Assembly (NCBI GenBank): GCA_964390105.1
Contig: CAYMGV010000005.1
Coordinates: 285-64,284, forward strand
DNA length: 64,000 nucleotides
Direction of reading: 5' to 3'
Origin: an uncultured Anaerolineae bacterium
Lineage (GTDB): Bacteria; Chloroflexota; Anaerolineae; Aggregatilineales; UBA3940
Shown: positions 35,301-45,499 of the stretch, piece after piece
Layout of the letters: every line of letters begins with the position of its first letter
Numbering within the stretch: the stretch's first letter is position 1
Made by a program: the position numbers and the translations under genes
The notes under the pieces: model-generated
Seen by the model: only the letters and a program-made list of their open reading frames with translations
Database searches by the model: none
What the model was told of the DNA's origin: nothing

Positions 35301-36236
35301 GTGATGAGTGATATGAACCCGGCGGCCAGTGAAGCCGCCGCCCAGGCATTTGAACGAGCACGCCGCAAGGCGTTTATTAATGAGTTTCTCACCGGGCTGA
35401 TCGGTGGTGATAACCGGCTGGTTTCGTTTCACGATCTATTGGAGCATATTGACCCCGGTGGGCCGATCTATCGGGGCATGTCTACGGTCGCTATTGAACA
35501 GATCGTGGGCAGTGTAGACCGTTACGAGGACTTCGACCGGGCTTTCCTGCCGCGCCAGACCTTCACCCGTGATCGCTGGAAGCGGGTCGGGCAGGCCTAC
35601 TATACCGATGTCATCCTGCCGCCCGTGCAGCTTTACAAGATGGGCGAGGTGTACTTCGTGATGGATGGTAACCACCGGATCAGCGTGGCGCGAGAGTTGG
35701 GGCAGGAATTCATTGATGCCGAGGTGGTGGAATATCGTCTGCGTGTGCCGCTGCATGCTGAGATGACAGCCGAGGATATGCTGACCATCTCGGACCTCTC
35801 AGGGTTTCTGAGTGCCACCGGGTTTGATGAGACGCACCCGCAGTTTGATTTTCTGCTGACGCTGGACGAGGGGTATGAGCGCCTGTTTGACCATATCGAG
35901 AAGCACCGCTACCTGCAGGGTATCGAGTGGAACCGCCCGTTTACCTTTACAGAGGCTGCGGCTCAGTGGATCGAGCAGGTTTATGTACCTACGGTTGAGG
36001 TCATCCGCACGATGGAGATTCTCAGGGATTTCCCCGGCAGGACCGAAACAGACCTGTACCTGTGGCTGATGGAGCATCTCTACTACCTGCGCCAGCAGTA
36101 CGGCGATGAAGTGGACCCGGTGCAGGCAGCACAGCAATATGCGGATCACTTCACGACACGCTGGTTCAAGCGGGGCTGGCATTACCTCCGGCATCATGTG
36201 CTGGGGCAGGGCGATGATCGCCCGGTGACTGGATGA
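35301..36236 (+). CDS. ParB/sulfiredoxin-fold (ParB-like nuclease N-terminal domain) protein with an uncharacterised C-terminal helical domain
   Basis: LPPVQLYKMGEVYFVMDGNHRISVARELGQEFIDAEVVEY matches the ParB/Srx DGxHR core. I cannot assign the C-terminal half with confidence. Confidence 0.55.
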   Translation: MMSDMNPAASEAAAQAFERARRKAFINEFLTGLIGGDNRLVSFHDLLEHIDPGGPIYRGMSTVAIEQIVGSVDRYEDFDRAFLPRQTFTRDRWKRVGQAYYTDVILPPVQLYKMGEVYFVMDGNHRISVARELGQEFIDAEVVEYRLRVPLHAEMTAEDMLTISDLSGFLSATGFDETHPQFDFLLTLDEGYERLFDHIEKHRYLQGIEWNRPFTFTEAAAQWIEQVYVPTVEVIRTMEILRDFPGRTETDLYLWLMEHLYYLRQQYGDEVDPVQAAQQYADHFTTRWFKRGWHYLRHHVLGQGDDRPVTG

Positions 36237-36245
36237 TACTGACCC

Positions 36246-36274
36246 AAACGGAGGGCGTCGAATGCCCTCCGTTT
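36246..36274 (+). terminator. Rho-independent terminator
   Basis: 11-bp stem aaacggagggc / gccctccgttt followed by a T-rich tail (gttgggtttgtgtttg). Confidence 0.8.
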
Positions 36275-36325
36275 GTTGGGTTTGTGTTTGCTGAGGGTGT
36301 GACCACACGCTAAAATGATCCCGTT

Positions 36326-37212
36326 ATGAAACTTGGGATCATCATCGTTAACTGGAATACCCGTGACCTGCTGCGGCGCTGCCTTGAAACCGTCTACACC
36401 AGTGCGGGCATTGAGCAGTACCGGGTTGTCGTCGTCGATAACGGCAGCGAAGACGGCAGCGTGGCGATGGTTCAGGCTGAGTTCCCGCAGGTTCGCCTGA
36501 TCTACGGGCACGGCAACGTGGGCTACCCAAAGGGCAACAACATCGGCCTGCGTGATATAGGCTATGGTGATGCCGGTGACCCAATGCCCGGTGCCCCCGA
36601 CTATGCACTGCTGCTTAACCCCGATACGGAACTGCCGCCGACTGGGCTGAAACGCTGCATCGAGTATATGGACTCCAACCCCGATATTGCGGTCCTTGGG
36701 CCGCGTCTTGTGCTGATGGACGGCTCACTTGACAAAGCCTGCCGGCGGACGTTCCCGTCGCCGTCGGTGTCGCTGTGGCGTATGACGCGGTTGTCCTCGT
36801 TATTCCCCGGAAGCCGGGTGTTTGGGCAGTACAATCTTACCTATCTGGATGAATACAAAACTGCCGATGTCGATTCAGTGGTGGGGGCATTTATGCTGGT
36901 CCGCAAGGCATCGATTGAAACCGTTGGCCTGCTGGATGAGCAGTTCTTCATGTATGGCGAAGACCTCGACTGGGCCAAGCGTATCAAGGAAGCGGGGGGC
37001 CGTGTGGTTTACTGGCCTGAAGTCGAGGTGCTGCACGTCAAGCGGGCGGCGAGCCGCAGGAGCGCACGTGCCCAGTTTGAATTCTACCGCGCAATGCTGC
37101 TGTTCTACATGAAACATTACGCCGCTGAGGTGTCACGCATCACCCATGTGCTGGTCCTGATTGGGCTGGCTGTTGTGGGGGGGAGGAAGCTGTGGCCGGA
37201 GATTCGAGCCGC

Positions 37213-37225
<13 letters not shown>
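36326..37225 (+). CDS. Family 2 glycosyltransferase
   Basis: KLGIIIVNWNTRDLLRRCL...VVVVDNGSEDGS...NPDTE...FMYGEDLDW is the GT2 (rhamnosyltransferase-like) pattern. Confidence 0.85.
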
Positions 37226-38727
<1,502 letters not shown>

Positions 38728-38829
38728 TTCCCCACGGTATCGCTTATCAGGTTGACCCCCTGTGTGCTTTGCGGCATGATCAGCGCCGTTTCATCGAACT
38801 GACCTCATCATCCCAGGAGCAGTATATCC

Positions 38830-40371
38830 ATGCGCCTATCACAATACATGGAGCATCTCAGCGGCGTGCTGGCCCGTACCCGGCCCGAACAGGACCCGGA
38901 GATCAGCGGCCCGGCGGTTGAGGATTCCCGGCAGGTCGTGCATGGGTCGATCTTTGTGGCACGGGCTGGCGGCAGCGCGGATGGACACCGTTTTATCGGG
39001 GCAGCGGCTGATGCCGGGGCGGTGGCGGTGTTCGGCACGCGTCCGGTTAATGCGGTGGACAGCACCGTACCCTATATACAGGTGGCGGATGGCCCGCTGG
39101 CACTGGCAGAACTGGCTGCCTCGTATTACGGGTTTCCAGCCCGTCAACTGACGGTGATCGGCGTGACAGGCACCGATGGCAAGACCAGTACCAGCAATCT
39201 GATTTACAGCATCATGAAGGAAGCCGGGATCGCGGCGGGCATGATCAGCACGATTAAGGCCGTGCTGGGCAATCGAGAGGCCGAGACGGGGCTGCATGTG
39301 ACCACACCGTCCTCGCCTGAGGTCCACGGGTATCTGCGGGAGATGGTTGACAACGGCCTGACTCATTGTGTGCTGGAAGCTACGTCGCACGGGCTGGCTC
39401 AGCGCCGCGTGGGAATGGTCGATTTTGATGTGGCGGTCGTCACCAATATCCAGCATGAGCACCTCGATTTTCATGGCACATGGGAGAACTATCGTGATGC
39501 CAAGGGGCTGCTGTTCGATGCGCTGACCAAAGGCGCACGTAAGCCCGGCGTGCCGAAGCTGGCGGTGATCAACCGTGATGATGCCAACAGCTATGGGTAC
39601 CTGCTCGGAAAGGCTGCCGATACACAGCTTGCTTACGGTGTGGATCAGGGGGATTATCATGTCACCGATCTGTCATTTGACACCGACCGCACGCGCTTCA
39701 CGCTGCACACCTCGGACGGCTCATCAACCCGGATCGAGACGGCGCTGGTGGGGCGCTTCAACATCAGTAACATCCTTGCGGCGGCGGCGGCCACCTATGC
39801 GTTGGGTGTGTCGCTGGATGCAATCGCGGCAGGGGTGGCGGCGCTGGCCGTCATTCCGGGGCGCATGGAGCGCATCGACGAGGGGCAGGATTTCCTCGCT
39901 GTGGTCGATTTTGCGCACACGCCCAACGCGCTGAAGAACGCGCTGGAGGCCGCCCGTGTGATGATCGAACCACCGGGCCGCGTCATCGCGGTGTGGGGCA
40001 GTGCGGGCCTGCGTGACCCCGGAAAACGTACGCTGATGGGGGAAGTCTCGGCGGAACTGGCTGATATCACGATCATTACCGCTGAGGACCCGCGCACGGA
40101 AAACCTTGAGGCTATCATGGCGCAAAGCCTGCGTGCCGCTGTCAGCCGTGGGGCTGTCGAGGGGGGCACGGTATTCCTCGTTCCGGATCGTGGGGAGGCC
40201 ATCTACCGGGCCTGTCAGATGACCGGGCCGGCTGACATTGTCATCGCCTGCGGTAAGGGGCATGAACAGTCTATGTGCTTCGGCGAGACGGAGTACCCGT
40301 GGGATGATCGAGATGCGATGCGGGCTGCGCTGCGGGGCGAGCCGCTGCGCACGCTGCCCACGGCTCGGTAA
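38830..40371 (+). CDS. murE: UDP-N-acetylmuramoyl-L-alanyl-D-glutamate--diamino-acid ligase (MurE)
   Basis: VIGVTGTDGKTSTSNLI P-loop, EATSHGL, NIQHEHLDFHG, the C-terminal GSAGLRDPGKR carbamyl-Lys region and EDPR. Confidence 0.88.
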   Translation: MRLSQYMEHLSGVLARTRPEQDPEISGPAVEDSRQVVHGSIFVARAGGSADGHRFIGAAADAGAVAVFGTRPVNAVDSTVPYIQVADGPLALAELAASYYGFPARQLTVIGVTGTDGKTSTSNLIYSIMKEAGIAAGMISTIKAVLGNREAETGLHVTTPSSPEVHGYLREMVDNGLTHCVLEATSHGLAQRRVGMVDFDVAVVTNIQHEHLDFHGTWENYRDAKGLLFDALTKGARKPGVPKLAVINRDDANSYGYLLGKAADTQLAYGVDQGDYHVTDLSFDTDRTRFTLHTSDGSSTRIETALVGRFNISNILAAAAATYALGVSLDAIAAGVAALAVIPGRMERIDEGQDFLAVVDFAHTPNALKNALEAARVMIEPPGRVIAVWGSAGLRDPGKRTLMGEVSAELADITIITAEDPRTENLEAIMAQSLRAAVSRGAVEGGTVFLVPDRGEAIYRACQMTGPADIVIACGKGHEQSMCFGETEYPWDDRDAMRAALRGEPLRTLPTAR

Positions 40372-40453
40372 ATTGCTGAGAGACTCAAACGTGCTACAAT
40401 CAACGAACTGGACAATACTCCTGTTCGCAGCCACTATTTGGAGGAGCTATCCC

Positions 40454-41101
40454 ATGAAACACGCTCTACGGGGCCGTAAACCGGCCATCTTCATCATCGC
40501 ACTTCTGATGTTATCTGCCCTGCTTCTAAGTGCCTGCGATGGCAATGATGTCCCGGTTGAGCCAACCGAAGATCGCCGTGGGTCAACGGAGGAAACCGGC
40601 GGGCAGACCGCCGGTGAGGAAGACGCAGAACCGGGTGATGCGGGTCAGGCCGAAGCAGAATCAGAAAACACCGGCGATGAAGCCGTGGATGCCGAAGCTG
40701 ACGTGCCGCTTGTTCCCTCGGTCAATGCCGGGGGGGTAGCTGAGACCTACGAGGAGACATGGGATTACTATCTGCTGGACAGTGTCGCATTCCAGGTGCG
40801 CCGTATGCAGGACCGCGTGCGCTTTGCCGAGCGTTATCAGAATCCCGCACAGCTTGCAGCCAACACAGGTGGCACCATGGCCGATGTCGAACTGATCGAG
40901 GATCGCAGTGAGTTCCAGCTCAGCAACAACGATACGTTTGCCCAGTCTACGGTGGATTTCGATATCCGCGTGACATATCTTGATGGAGACAGTGTGCGTT
41001 TCAGATGCCAGTATCTTGTCCAGATCGAGAAGGAAGCCGAAACGGGGCTGTGGTATGTCATCAATCCCCGTATTCTTGAGGTCACGACGTTCTGCGGTTG
41101 A
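40454..41101 (+). CDS. Lipoprotein, family-unassigned (tandem paralog A)
   Basis: MKHALRGRKPAIFIIALLMLSALLLSAC lipobox, acidic linker, and a conserved C-terminal domain of about 120 aa shared with 41640..42149. Confidence 0.7.
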   Translation: MKHALRGRKPAIFIIALLMLSALLLSACDGNDVPVEPTEDRRGSTEETGGQTAGEEDAEPGDAGQAEAESENTGDEAVDAEADVPLVPSVNAGGVAETYEETWDYYLLDSVAFQVRRMQDRVRFAERYQNPAQLAANTGGTMADVELIEDRSEFQLSNNDTFAQSTVDFDIRVTYLDGDSVRFRCQYLVQIEKEAETGLWYVINPRILEVTTFCG

Positions 41102-41133
41102 TGGTGTTGGTTTCAATCGAACAGCAAATTCAG

Positions 41134-41166
41134 CGCACCGGGAACTTTCCCGGTGCGTTTTGCGTT
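41134..41166 (+). terminator. Rho-independent terminator
   Basis: cgcaccggga / tcccggtgcg stem followed by ttttgcgtt. Confidence 0.8.
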
Positions 41167-41303
41167 ACAGGTTATACAGGACATAAGTCCTGATAGGTAG
41201 TTTTACCCATAACGTGTCTGCGAAAGCTGTGTTATTGTAAATATAAGCAGGCAGGTAGACAGGTAACTTAGTGGTTAATGACGACGGAGAAGGAGGGGTT
41301 GTG

Positions 41304-41441
41304 ATGGAACACAAAAAACCGCTTAGCACTAACGATGAACTGAATGATCAGGCAATCATCGCGGGTGCAGCGCTGACAATTTTACTGGTATTGAGCGTCC
41401 TCTCCGTGGTTATGGTGTTTACCGGCATGCTGGGTGCTTAG
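41304..41441 (+). CDS. 45-aa single-TM micro-protein (below the ORF-track length cutoff)
   Basis: Strong RBS ggagaaggagggg. MEHKKPLSTNDELNDQAIIAGAALTILLVLSVLSVVMVFTGMLGA. Its own terminator follows directly. Confidence 0.55.
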   Translation: MEHKKPLSTNDELNDQAIIAGAALTILLVLSVLSVVMVFTGMLGA

Positions 41442-41466
41442 CGTCACATCGGGAACGTGAAAGCTG

Positions 41467-41503
41467 GGGCTGACCTCTGATGGGGTCAGCCCTTTGCTGT
41501 TTT
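41467..41503 (+). terminator. Rho-independent terminator
   Basis: gggctgacc / ggtcagccc stem followed by tttgctgtttt. Confidence 0.75.
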
Positions 41504-41639
41504 ACAGACCCGTACGCAGGTACTATACGTTCCAGCTAATAACCATCATAAAATGATAACGTGTGATGATCGGCTGGATAAGGGGGCTTTAAGGTCGGAC
41601 ATCATTGGTACCAACCCCGAACAACCGAAAGGATAGAGG

Positions 41640-42149
41640 ATGAAAGCACTTAAAATTACCCTGCTGATCGCGGTAGCGTCTTTGTCACTGGCGGCTTGCT
41701 CAGTAGTGGGTGGGAGTGATAATCCCAACCCGCTGCCGACCGTGCGTGCCGGTGAAAGCGTAGGGAGTGAAGTCGGCAATGCGGCGGGCAGTTCAGCCGA
41801 GGAGACGTGGGAACGCTACCTGCGTGACAGCATAGCCTATCAGAATGACCGCCAGGACATTCGCCTCGACCTGATCCAGGCTTATCAGAACCCGGATCAC
41901 GTTTCACAGAATGCGGGCGGGCTGATGACCGACCTTGAACTGGTGGAAGACCGGACCACCTTTGATCTCAGCAACAACAGCACATTTGCACAGTCCTACG
42001 TGGACTACGATGTGCGCCTGACCTTCGTCGATGGGGATACCAACACGCTGACCTGCAACTACAACGTGCAGATCGAGCGTGACGCTGACGATGAGCGCTG
42101 GTATGTCATCAACCCGACGGGGCTGGACGTGTACAGCGTGTGCGGGTAG
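41640..42149 (+). CDS. Lipoprotein, family-unassigned (tandem paralog B)
   Basis: Lipobox SLSLAAC. C-terminal domain aligns with paralog A (EETW.RYL.DS.A.Q...Q...R....YQNP...S.N.GG.M.D.EL.EDR..F.LSNN.TFAQS.VD.D.R.T..DGD......C.Y.VQIE......WYVINP.....C G). Confidence 0.7.
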   Translation: MKALKITLLIAVASLSLAACSVVGGSDNPNPLPTVRAGESVGSEVGNAAGSSAEETWERYLRDSIAYQNDRQDIRLDLIQAYQNPDHVSQNAGGLMTDLELVEDRTTFDLSNNSTFAQSYVDYDVRLTFVDGDTNTLTCNYNVQIERDADDERWYVINPTGLDVYSVCG

Positions 42150-42175
42150 GCCGTCCTATCGGCTAATAGCAGCAG

Positions 42176-42210
42176 AAGACCGGGGGATGTTATGTTCCCC
42201 GGTCTTTTTT
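42176..42210 (+). terminator. Rho-independent terminator
   Basis: aagaccgggg / ccccggtctt stem followed by a T6 run. Confidence 0.85.
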
Positions 42211-42307
42211 GATCCCCTGTCAGCGGGCGTAAAAAGACCTGCCACACCGCCCTGAATGTGGTATGATCGCCCGACATTGTGAGGATAATCATGGCGAGGA
42301 AACCCCA

Positions 42308-42877
42308 GTGACACAGTTACAAGGACGTGTGATCAGTGTGTTTGGCAGCGCCCGCATCCATGCGGGAAGCCGGGCATGGCAGGAAGCCGAGCAGGTTGGG
42401 GCGCTGCTGGCGCATGCCGGTGCCACGGTAATGACCGGTGGCTACGGCGGTGTGATGGAAGCCGCCAGCAAGGGCGCTCGTGAGGCGGGCGGCCATGTGA
42501 TCGGGGTGACGGTCAGCGCGTTCGAAAAGATGGGCAAGCGTTCCGGGCCGAACCCGTATATTGATGAGCTGATTCACTACGATACGCTTTCTGCGCGGCT
42601 GCTGCATGTGGTCAAGGAGTGCGACGGCGCTGTCGCCTGTGATGGCGGCATCGGGACGCTGTCTGAAGTCTCATTGATGTGGTCGCTGGTGCAGACGGGC
42701 GAGATGGCATCTGCTCCGATCATTTTGCTTGGGGATCGCTGGCAGCCGACGCTGGATGCGTATATGGGGGACGAGTTTATCGCCCCCGCAGAACTCAATC
42801 TTTTGCAGGTGGTGCGCGGCCCGCATGATGTGATCCCTGTTCTGGCGGATGCCCTGCCCACCGGGGAGGACCAGTGA
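42308..42877 (+). CDS. LOG / TIGR00725-like (SLOG, 'lysine decarboxylase-like') family protein
   Basis: ISVFGSARI...VMTGGYGGVMEAASKGAREAGGHVIGV...GGIGTLSE are LOG-family motifs. GTG 42308 has an RBS (gaggaaa). The track ORF starts at ATG 42263. Confidence 0.75.
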   Translation: MTQLQGRVISVFGSARIHAGSRAWQEAEQVGALLAHAGATVMTGGYGGVMEAASKGAREAGGHVIGVTVSAFEKMGKRSGPNPYIDELIHYDTLSARLLHVVKECDGAVACDGGIGTLSEVSLMWSLVQTGEMASAPIILLGDRWQPTLDAYMGDEFIAPAELNLLQVVRGPHDVIPVLADALPTGEDQ

Positions 42878-44148
42878 TGCGCACACGCCATATCGGTGCC
42901 CTGCTGATCGGGGTAGGGGTGATGTTGTGGGCCGGGTGTAACCCGGCACCAACCCCGGGGCCAACTTCCACAGTTGAACCGACATCCACGATGGACCCCA
43001 CCCAAACTATCACACCCACCTTGACGGTCACCCCGTCGCTGACACCGACTCCATCAGCCACGCCGGGTCCAGACCTCGCAGAACTGCTCCAGGCACCGCA
43101 GGCAGATTACGCCAATGCCGAGCTTGATGCGGCACGTGAGGGGTACGAAGCGATCCAGCAGATTTACCCGGATGAGGCTGCGCCGTGGCTGGGCCTGGCT
43201 GAGGTGGCGTCACGGCAGGGGCAGCCTGATGAAGCCCTTGATTACCTGCGGGCTGCGCTGGAAGTGGACCCCTATAACCCGGAGGCGTTAAACGCGCTGG
43301 CGGTTGCACTCGAAGCGCTGGACGTGCCTGCGGCCTATGACCAACTGGTTGAGGTGTATGGCGCGCTGCTGGTGGTTGAACCGGATAACGCCGGGGTGCG
43401 TGAGGCTCGTGCGGTCATACAGGCCCGGCAGGGGGATGCCGAAGGCGCTGTCGAGACTCTGTCCGATGGCGGCACCCGTTCGGCATGGGAGCGTGCTGCA
43501 CAGGCTGCCTACAGCCAGCGCTGCTATGCCGGGGCTGCCACTATCGCCAGCGCCGGTTTCGATGTGTATGATGATGACCCCGCACTGGTGCTAACGTCCG
43601 CATTGGCCTATCTTGCTGCGGATGATATGGAGCGCGGCCTGACGGAGCTGGATCGTCTGCTGCTTGTGGATGAGGCCAACGTGGCAGGCTGGTACTGGCG
43701 TGGTCGGACGCTGGCGCGCTACGGGGCAGCGGGCCGTGCCATGGCAGACCTCGACACGGCCATCGAAATCGGGACACGCTCCGGGTTGATAGAAACGCCG
43801 CTGGCACTGGCCGCCATCAATGAAAAAGCGGCATTGATAGCCCGTGATGATGTTGAGTCGGCATTTAGCTATGTCGCTGGCCTGGTGTTTGAATACGGCA
43901 GCCAGGATGCATTGCTGCTGGCGTATACCCGCATCGACTGGGCACGGGACAGCCGCGACCTCGCACTGGGCCGTCTTGATGTGCTGGTGCGTGATGGCTA
44001 TGCGCCAGCCCTCTATCAGCGTGCGTTGTATTTGCTCGAAGAAGACGAGGTCGATGCTGCGCTCGCAGATTTGACTGCGTATGTTGAGGCGGAACCGTTC
44101 GGCCCGGTGGCAGAAGAAGCTCGCCGCCTGATCGCGCGATATGAATAA
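42874..44148 (+). CDS. TPR-repeat lipoprotein
   Basis: Start overlaps the upstream stop (gtgatg). Lipobox LWAGC, PT-rich linker, multiple TPR-like A/L/Y-rich helical repeats. Confidence 0.7.
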   Translation: MMRTRHIGALLIGVGVMLWAGCNPAPTPGPTSTVEPTSTMDPTQTITPTLTVTPSLTPTPSATPGPDLAELLQAPQADYANAELDAAREGYEAIQQIYPDEAAPWLGLAEVASRQGQPDEALDYLRAALEVDPYNPEALNALAVALEALDVPAAYDQLVEVYGALLVVEPDNAGVREARAVIQARQGDAEGAVETLSDGGTRSAWERAAQAAYSQRCYAGAATIASAGFDVYDDDPALVLTSALAYLAADDMERGLTELDRLLLVDEANVAGWYWRGRTLARYGAAGRAMADLDTAIEIGTRSGLIETPLALAAINEKAALIARDDVESAFSYVAGLVFEYGSQDALLLAYTRIDWARDSRDLALGRLDVLVRDGYAPALYQRALYLLEEDEVDAALADLTAYVEAEPFGPVAEEARRLIARYE

Positions 44149-44272
44149 CACACGCAGGCGTGATGATCCTGCACGTCGCCGTTTTTTTAGATAGAATTCT
44201 AATGTAAGTATGGTATGGTTAGTCACGTCCTTATAATGGTCGCTAGCTGATTTTCATTCATAGGAGTATAGA

Positions 44273-44599
44273 ATGGCGAAGCCTTTTGAAGTTACTGATT
44301 CTTCATTCGAGACAGATGTCCTTGAAGCCGAGGAACTGACCCTGGTCGATTTCTGGGCAGAATGGTGTGGCCCGTGCAAGATGATCGCTCCCATCGTCGA
44401 TGAGATCGCCGATGAGTACGAAGGTCAGATCAAGGTAGCAAAGCTGGATGCGGATACCAACCCGCACACCATGCAGGCCTACCATGTGCTGGGCATCCCC
44501 ACATTGATCCTGTTTAAGGGGGGCGAAGCGGTGGAACGCATCACCGGCTACATGCCGAAGGACCGTCTGCTTTCCAAGCTGACCCCGCACCTGGGCTAG
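44273..44599 (+). CDS. trxA: Thioredoxin
   Basis: 108 aa. VDFWAEWCGPCKMIAP active site. GIPTLILFKGGE. Confidence 0.95.
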   Translation: MAKPFEVTDSSFETDVLEAEELTLVDFWAEWCGPCKMIAPIVDEIADEYEGQIKVAKLDADTNPHTMQAYHVLGIPTLILFKGGEAVERITGYMPKDRLLSKLTPHLG

Positions 44600-44622
44600 T
44601 TTCATAGTCACTCAGGGCATCG

Positions 44623-44649
44623 AAAGACCACACATGCTGTGGTCTTTTT
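44623..44649 (+). terminator. Rho-independent terminator
   Basis: aaagaccaca / tgtggtcttt stem with a T-run. Confidence 0.85.
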
Positions 44650-44705
44650 GATTCTGTGTAAAATGGATACAGTGATTCAAGTTAATGTAAGGTAGAGCAA
44701 GAGTT

Positions 44706-45428
44706 ATGTTTTTTGCACGGATACGAGAACGTATTACCGGGGTTATCACTCTGGCGGTGCTTTCAGTTGGGATGTTTGCCTGTGGCGCGGTGATGGCCTT
44801 CATCATTTCACCTCAGCAGGCGATTGAGTGGCGGCGGCTGGATAATCTGCCGGTTACCACTGCGGGGTCGTTTGAATCCGCCCCGGAGGGCACCGAGATG
44901 ATCGTCACAGGGACGTTGAATGATAACACGGTGTTTGACAACGGCCTGGTGATGTACGAGGTCGATGAGTGGACCGTGGATCGCGATACGGATTCCGAAG
45001 GTGACGTGACTTACGATGGGACGTGGCACAGCGTTGAGGCGCAGTATCCGCAGCTCAACATGGACCTTGATGGCAGCCCGGTCACGATATTGGCTGTCTC
45101 CAACCTGCGGCTGTTTGGTGCATTGCAGGAAAGCATGGTTGATGGTAACGGACAGTACAGCGACAGCTATAACGGGCAGAATCTGCGTGACGGCGCACGG
45201 CGCACGCGCGGTGTCGCGGATGGTGCGCTGGTGACCGTGCTGGGCACCAGGACCTCATCGGGAGGTATCAGCCCGGACCGCCTGTTTGTCGGGGATCGCA
45301 CCCAGATGATCGAGGCGTTACAGGATCAGGCGCGCGGGTTGTTTATTGGCGGCATTGGTGCGATGATCTGTGCCCCGGTTTTCTTCGTGCTAGGCGTTGT
45401 AGCGGTTGTGCTGGGCCGAAGGACCTGA
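44706..45428 (+). CDS. Hypothetical membrane protein (N- and C-terminal TM anchors, acidic central domain)
   Basis: 240-aa ORF. TM segments VITLAVLSVGMFACGAVMAFII and LFIGGIGAMICAPVFFVLGVVAVVL. No family motif recognised. Confidence 0.55.
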   Translation: MFFARIRERITGVITLAVLSVGMFACGAVMAFIISPQQAIEWRRLDNLPVTTAGSFESAPEGTEMIVTGTLNDNTVFDNGLVMYEVDEWTVDRDTDSEGDVTYDGTWHSVEAQYPQLNMDLDGSPVTILAVSNLRLFGALQESMVDGNGQYSDSYNGQNLRDGARRTRGVADGALVTVLGTRTSSGGISPDRLFVGDRTQMIEALQDQARGLFIGGIGAMICAPVFFVLGVVAVVLGRRT

Positions 45429-45447
45429 TTGACACAGCTAGAAAATC

Positions 45448-45479
45448 AACAGGGGCACATCGCGCGATGTGCCCCTGTT
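45448..45479. terminator. Bidirectional terminator hairpin
   Basis: aacaggggcacatcg / cgatgtgcccctgtt near-perfect palindrome between convergent genes. Confidence 0.8.
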
Positions 45480-45499
45480 TCGTTCTGCGTGATCAGCCG

